A stretch of DNA of 64,000 bases. It comes from Gemmatimonadales bacterium (lineage in GTDB: Bacteria; Gemmatimonadota; Gemmatimonadetes; Gemmatimonadales; GWC2-71-9). Numbering within the stretch: position 1 is the stretch's first letter; the number at the start of each line of letters is the position of its first letter. The notes beneath the pieces were generated by a model. It saw only the letters and a list, made by a program, of their open reading frames with translations. It did no database searches and had not been told where the DNA came from. The translations under genes and the position numbers were made by a program. The stretch covers positions 3,552,001 through 3,616,000 of the forward strand of contig OZ252244.1 in assembly GCA_965249575.1 (NCBI GenBank). Direction: 5' to 3'. Positions 60,489 through 64,000 of the stretch are shown piece after piece.

Positions 60489-60571
60489 TGGCCCTGAAGC
60501 AATCGAAACTCTACTCGTCGCTGGGGCAGAGCTGCGACGAACTGAGCGATGGCATGCAAGACTATCCATGA
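60488..60571 (+). pseudogene. 27-codon remnant of the N-terminus of a different hsdM
   Basis: MALKQSKLYSSLGQSCDELSDGM resembles the common HsdM start MALKKSELYSSLWQSCDELRGGM (recalled, not searched). Confidence 0.7.
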
Positions 60572-62745
60572 AAATTCAAACGCACGAAGAACTGAAAGCC
60601 AAAATCTGGGAAATCGCCAACCGGCTCAGGGGGCCGTACCGGCCTCCTCAATACCGCCTGGTCATGCTTCCAATGGTCGTTTTGCGTCGGCTCGATTGCG
60701 TGCTGGAGCCGACCAAGGATGCCGTTCTGAAGCAGCTTGATGAGCTGGAGGCGCAACAGATGCCCGAAGCGGCAATGGATCGCCTGCTCGGAAAGGCCGC
60801 CGACCCGAACCGGAAGCATCCGCTCTATAACACGAGCCCCTACACCTTTGCCCGGTTGCTCGGGGATGCCGAGAACATCGCGCCGAACCTCGTGTCATAC
60901 ATCAACGGCTTTTCCCACACCGCTCGGCGCATCTTCGAGCACTTCAAGTTCGCAGATCAGATCGAGAAGCTCGACGCCAGCAACCGCCTCTTCACAGTCG
61001 TTAAGGCAATGGCCGATGTCGATCTTCACCCTGACAGGATCGACAACCTTCAGATGGGTTATCTGTTCGAGCATCTGGTGATGCGCTTCAACGAACAGGC
61101 CAACGAGGAAGCCGGGGATCACTTCACGCCGCGTGAGGTCATTCGGCTCATGGCGAACCTCATCTACACTGGCGAGCAGGATGTCTATAAGCCCGGCATC
61201 TACCGCACGATCTACGATCCGGCGTGCGGAACGGGCGGAATGCTTTCCGAGTCCGAGAAGCTGATCCTCTCGCAGAACGAGCGGGCCGAGCTCGCGCTCT
61301 TCGGCCAGGAGTACAACGACGAGTCCTGGGCAATCTGCTGCTCTGACATGCTCATCAAGGACGAGGACACGGCCAACATCATCCTCGGGGACACCCTGGG
61401 AGACGGCAAGACAAGAGACGGCTTCGAGGGGAGACGCTTCCACTACCTCATGGCCAACCCACCTTTCGGCGTCGAATGGAGGGACCAGAAGCAGATGGTC
61501 GAGCGCGAGCACAAGACCGTGGGCCTTTGGGGCCGGTTCGGCGCCGGGCTTCCGGCCATCAATGACGGCTCGCTCCTCTTCCTTCAGCACATGATTTCCA
61601 AGATGCATCCCTATGAGGAGAGGGACGAGGACCAGCCCGGTTCGAAGATCGCCATCGTCTTCAACGGCTCGCCGCTCTTCTCCGGCGACGCGGGTTCGGG
61701 GCCGTCCAACATCCGCCGCTGGATCATCGAGAACGACTGGCTCGATGCCATTGTGGCGCTGCCGGATCAACTTTTCTACAACACCGGCATCTTCACCTAT
61801 GTCTGGCTCGTGACGAACCGCAAGCCTTCGGAGCGGCGCGGCAAGGTGCACCTCATCGACGGCACCCGATTCTTCGAGAAGATGAAGAAGAGCCTCAACA
61901 ACAAGCGCAACGAGATCACCGAAGACCAGATCCGCCGCCTGACCCGGGTATACGGCAACTGCCAGGACGGCGAGACGGCCGAGGTCCAGATCAACGGCGA
62001 GACTGAGACCCGCGCCATCTCCCGCATCTTCGAGAACCGGGAGTTCGGGTTTCTCAAGGTGACGGTCGAACGGCCCGTACGCATGGACTTCGAGGCGGCG
62101 CCGGAGCGCATCGCCAAGCTCGACAACCAGACCGCCTTCACGAATCTGGCGACATCGAAGAAGCGGAAGGACGCAGCGGCAGCAAAGTGCGAGATCGAGG
62201 AAGGGCGGAAGCAGCAGGAGGCCATCCGCGCCGTGCTCGCGACGCTCGAAGGCAACGGGTGCTACCTGGACCGCGCGGAATTCGAGGCCGATGTGATGAA
62301 GGCCGCGAAGCGAACCGGCCTCAAGATCCCCGCACCGATCAAGAAGGCGATGTTCGCGGCCCTTGGCGAGCGGGACCCGGACGCCGAGATTTGCCGAGAC
62401 AGCAAGGGGCGACCGGAGCCTGACAGCGAACTCCGGGACACCGAAAACATTCCGTTGCCGCCTGATACCACGATGCCTCTGCCCATGGAGTTCGGGCCGA
62501 ACAAGCCCAATAGCAGGCTGGTTGAAACCTTTCGGGACGACATCGACGCCTACATTGCGCGCGAGGTGCTGCCGCATGTGCCAGATGCCTGGGTGGACTA
62601 TGACAAGACCAAGGTCGGCTACGAAATCCCGATCAACCGGCATTTCTACGTCTACAAGCCGCCGCGCCCGCTCGACCAGATCGAGGCGGACATCACTAGG
62701 CTCGAAGGGGAGATCGCCGGCCTGTTAAAGAAGCTGGTGGCATGA
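60568..62745 (+). CDS. hsdM: Type I restriction-modification methyltransferase subunit
   Basis: IWEIANRLRG, GDHFTPREVI, YDPACGTGGML, ANPPFG, LFYNTGIFTY. Confidence 0.95.
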   Translation: MKIQTHEELKAKIWEIANRLRGPYRPPQYRLVMLPMVVLRRLDCVLEPTKDAVLKQLDELEAQQMPEAAMDRLLGKAADPNRKHPLYNTSPYTFARLLGDAENIAPNLVSYINGFSHTARRIFEHFKFADQIEKLDASNRLFTVVKAMADVDLHPDRIDNLQMGYLFEHLVMRFNEQANEEAGDHFTPREVIRLMANLIYTGEQDVYKPGIYRTIYDPACGTGGMLSESEKLILSQNERAELALFGQEYNDESWAICCSDMLIKDEDTANIILGDTLGDGKTRDGFEGRRFHYLMANPPFGVEWRDQKQMVEREHKTVGLWGRFGAGLPAINDGSLLFLQHMISKMHPYEERDEDQPGSKIAIVFNGSPLFSGDAGSGPSNIRRWIIENDWLDAIVALPDQLFYNTGIFTYVWLVTNRKPSERRGKVHLIDGTRFFEKMKKSLNNKRNEITEDQIRRLTRVYGNCQDGETAEVQINGETETRAISRIFENREFGFLKVTVERPVRMDFEAAPERIAKLDNQTAFTNLATSKKRKDAAAAKCEIEEGRKQQEAIRAVLATLEGNGCYLDRAEFEADVMKAAKRTGLKIPAPIKKAMFAALGERDPDAEICRDSKGRPEPDSELRDTENIPLPPDTTMPLPMEFGPNKPNSRLVETFRDDIDAYIAREVLPHVPDAWVDYDKTKVGYEIPINRHFYVYKPPRPLDQIEADITRLEGEIAGLLKKLVA

Positions 62746-64000
62746 GTTATTTCGCGCGCAGTGATGAACTGCCTGAATGGACGGCACAGATCCCGGAAGG
62801 TTGGGATAGCAACTGGCTGAAGTGGTCGGTTGATCTATCTGCGAAGCGCCCAACCAAAGAGGAGCAAGAGGCGCTTCCATACATCTCCAACGAGGATATC
62901 GCGTCTTGGACGGGGGAACTTCTGATCGAGGAGCCGGAACCAGCTGAGGCGGACAGCCGGCGGTTTCAGGAAAACGATGTTCTCTTCAACAAGCTTCGCC
63001 CGTACCTTGCCAAGGTCTACCACGCCACATTCGACGGAGTGAGCTCAGGAGAGCTGCTTTGCTTGCGGCCGTCGCATGCGGTTGAGCCGCGCTTCCTATT
63101 TTACGTCCTCGTGTCCAAAGGCTTCATCGACATAATCAACGCGGAGACTTTCGGGGCCAAGATGCCCCGTGCGGATTGGGAGATTGTAGGCCATCAACCA
63201 CTACCCCTGCCCCCGCTTGACACGCAGCGACGGATTGCGCGGTTTCTGGATGAGAAGACCGCGCGGATCGACGGGCTGATCGAGAAGAAGCGGGAACTTC
63301 TCGACCGCCTGGCTGAGAAACGCCAAGCTCTCATCACCCGCGCCGTCACCAAGGGCCTCAACCCCCACGCCCCGATGAGATGCTCCGGCATCGACTGGCT
63401 CGGTCACATCCCCGCACATTGGGAGGTGCTTCCGTTGAAGCGCGTCTTAGCCAGTTCCACGTACGGGATTTCAGCTTCCCTGGAGCCTTCTGGAGAGATT
63501 GCTGTGCTACGCATGGGAAATCTTATCGACGGAGAAATCGATTTCGGCGATCTGCGCTTCCTTGATGGAATAGATGAAGATTTTCTGCTTGACCAGAATG
63601 ATGTCATCTTCAATCGTACGAATAGCCTCGACTTAGTTGGCAAGACTTCAATTTTCCGTGGGAGCCCAGGCTTTCCGGTTTCATTGGCCTCTTATCTTGT
63701 CCGCTTCCGGTTCACCAAGCGCTTCAACCCGGAATACGCCAATTACGTCATGGGGACACGGGTGCTCATGGCGCTTGGACGCACTCTCGCTTTGCCAAGC
63801 ATTGGCCAAGCTAACCTTAATCCTGCACGGTATGCTCTGATCAAATTTCCTATACCTCCAAAGGACGAGCAGTCGGAAATTGTCCCGCATCTAGTGGCCG
63901 AAACAAATGAAATTAGCCAAATCGCAGGACAGGTACACCAATCCATCGAGCCCTTGGCGGAGTACCGCTCGGCATTGATCACAGCTGGCGTCACAGGGCA
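62742..64000 (+). CDS. hsdS: Type I restriction-modification specificity subunit (3' end outside window)
   Basis: Not in track. Hand translation from the ATGA overlap gives IPEGW, DVLFNKLRPYL, PLPPLDTQRRIARFLDEKTARID, RQALITRAVTKGLNP, WLGHIPAHW, a second TRD, EYRSALITAGVTG. Confidence 0.93.
   Translation, partial: MSYFARSDELPEWTAQIPEGWDSNWLKWSVDLSAKRPTKEEQEALPYISNEDIASWTGELLIEEPEPAEADSRRFQENDVLFNKLRPYLAKVYHATFDGVSSGELLCLRPSHAVEPRFLFYVLVSKGFIDIINAETFGAKMPRADWEIVGHQPLPLPPLDTQRRIARFLDEKTARIDGLIEKKRELLDRLAEKRQALITRAVTKGLNPHAPMRCSGIDWLGHIPAHWEVLPLKRVLASSTYGISASLEPSGEIAVLRMGNLIDGEIDFGDLRFLDGIDEDFLLDQNDVIFNRTNSLDLVGKTSIFRGSPGFPVSLASYLVRFRFTKRFNPEYANYVMGTRVLMALGRTLALPSIGQANLNPARYALIKFPIPPKDEQSEIVPHLVAETNEISQIAGQVHQSIEPLAEYRSALITAGVTG

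Larger units (their letters stand above)
56375..64000. mobile_element. Decayed genomic island/prophage remnant at the tmRNA 3' end (right boundary outside window)
   Basis: Abrupt switch from core genes to gene fragments, phage tail genes and a type I R-M system directly after ssrA; no integrase visible. Confidence 0.75.

Noticed and set aside
60895..62643. 582-aa minus-strand ORF
   Set aside because: Antisense shadow of hsdM.
1..64000. CRISPR arrays, tRNA/rRNA genes, IS transposases
   Set aside because: None seen by eye; the only tRNA-like structure is the tmRNA.

Overview
High-GC bacterial chromosome segment; gene content and order suggest Gemmatimonadota (inference, not tested). It has three parts. 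(1) 1-14.4 kb is an accessory secreted-protein cluster: a SusC/RagA TonB-dependent receptor (partial) diverges from four full-length paralogous secreted LVIVD-like, His-motif beta-propeller genes plus one internally deleted copy. Interleaved are a SnoaL-like lipoprotein, a Met-rich multicopper oxidase with a small partner, and an S9 peptidase that lacks the canonical catalytic His. (2) 14.6-56 kb is housekeeping: tyrA-aroA-cmk-rpsA, acyl-CoA carboxylase genes, rplM-rpsI-rpsB-tsf-pyrH-frr-cdsA-dxr-rseP, rpsO-pnp, ald, mreBCD-mrdA-rodA, accD-folC-hisS-proS-lysA-guaA, ptsN, dusB-larB-GGDEF, ending at tmRNA. folC appears to start at CTG. (3) After tmRNA lies a decayed island built from joined gene fragments (AhpD-like, TonB receptor, phosphatidylserine decarboxylase, phage tail chaperone with an intact -1 frameshift site, tape measure, gamma-glutamylcyclotransferase). 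It is followed by an HTH regulator, a 27-codon scar of a different hsdM, and a type I R-M hsdM-hsdS that runs off the window. All calls come from reading motifs by eye; no searches were run.
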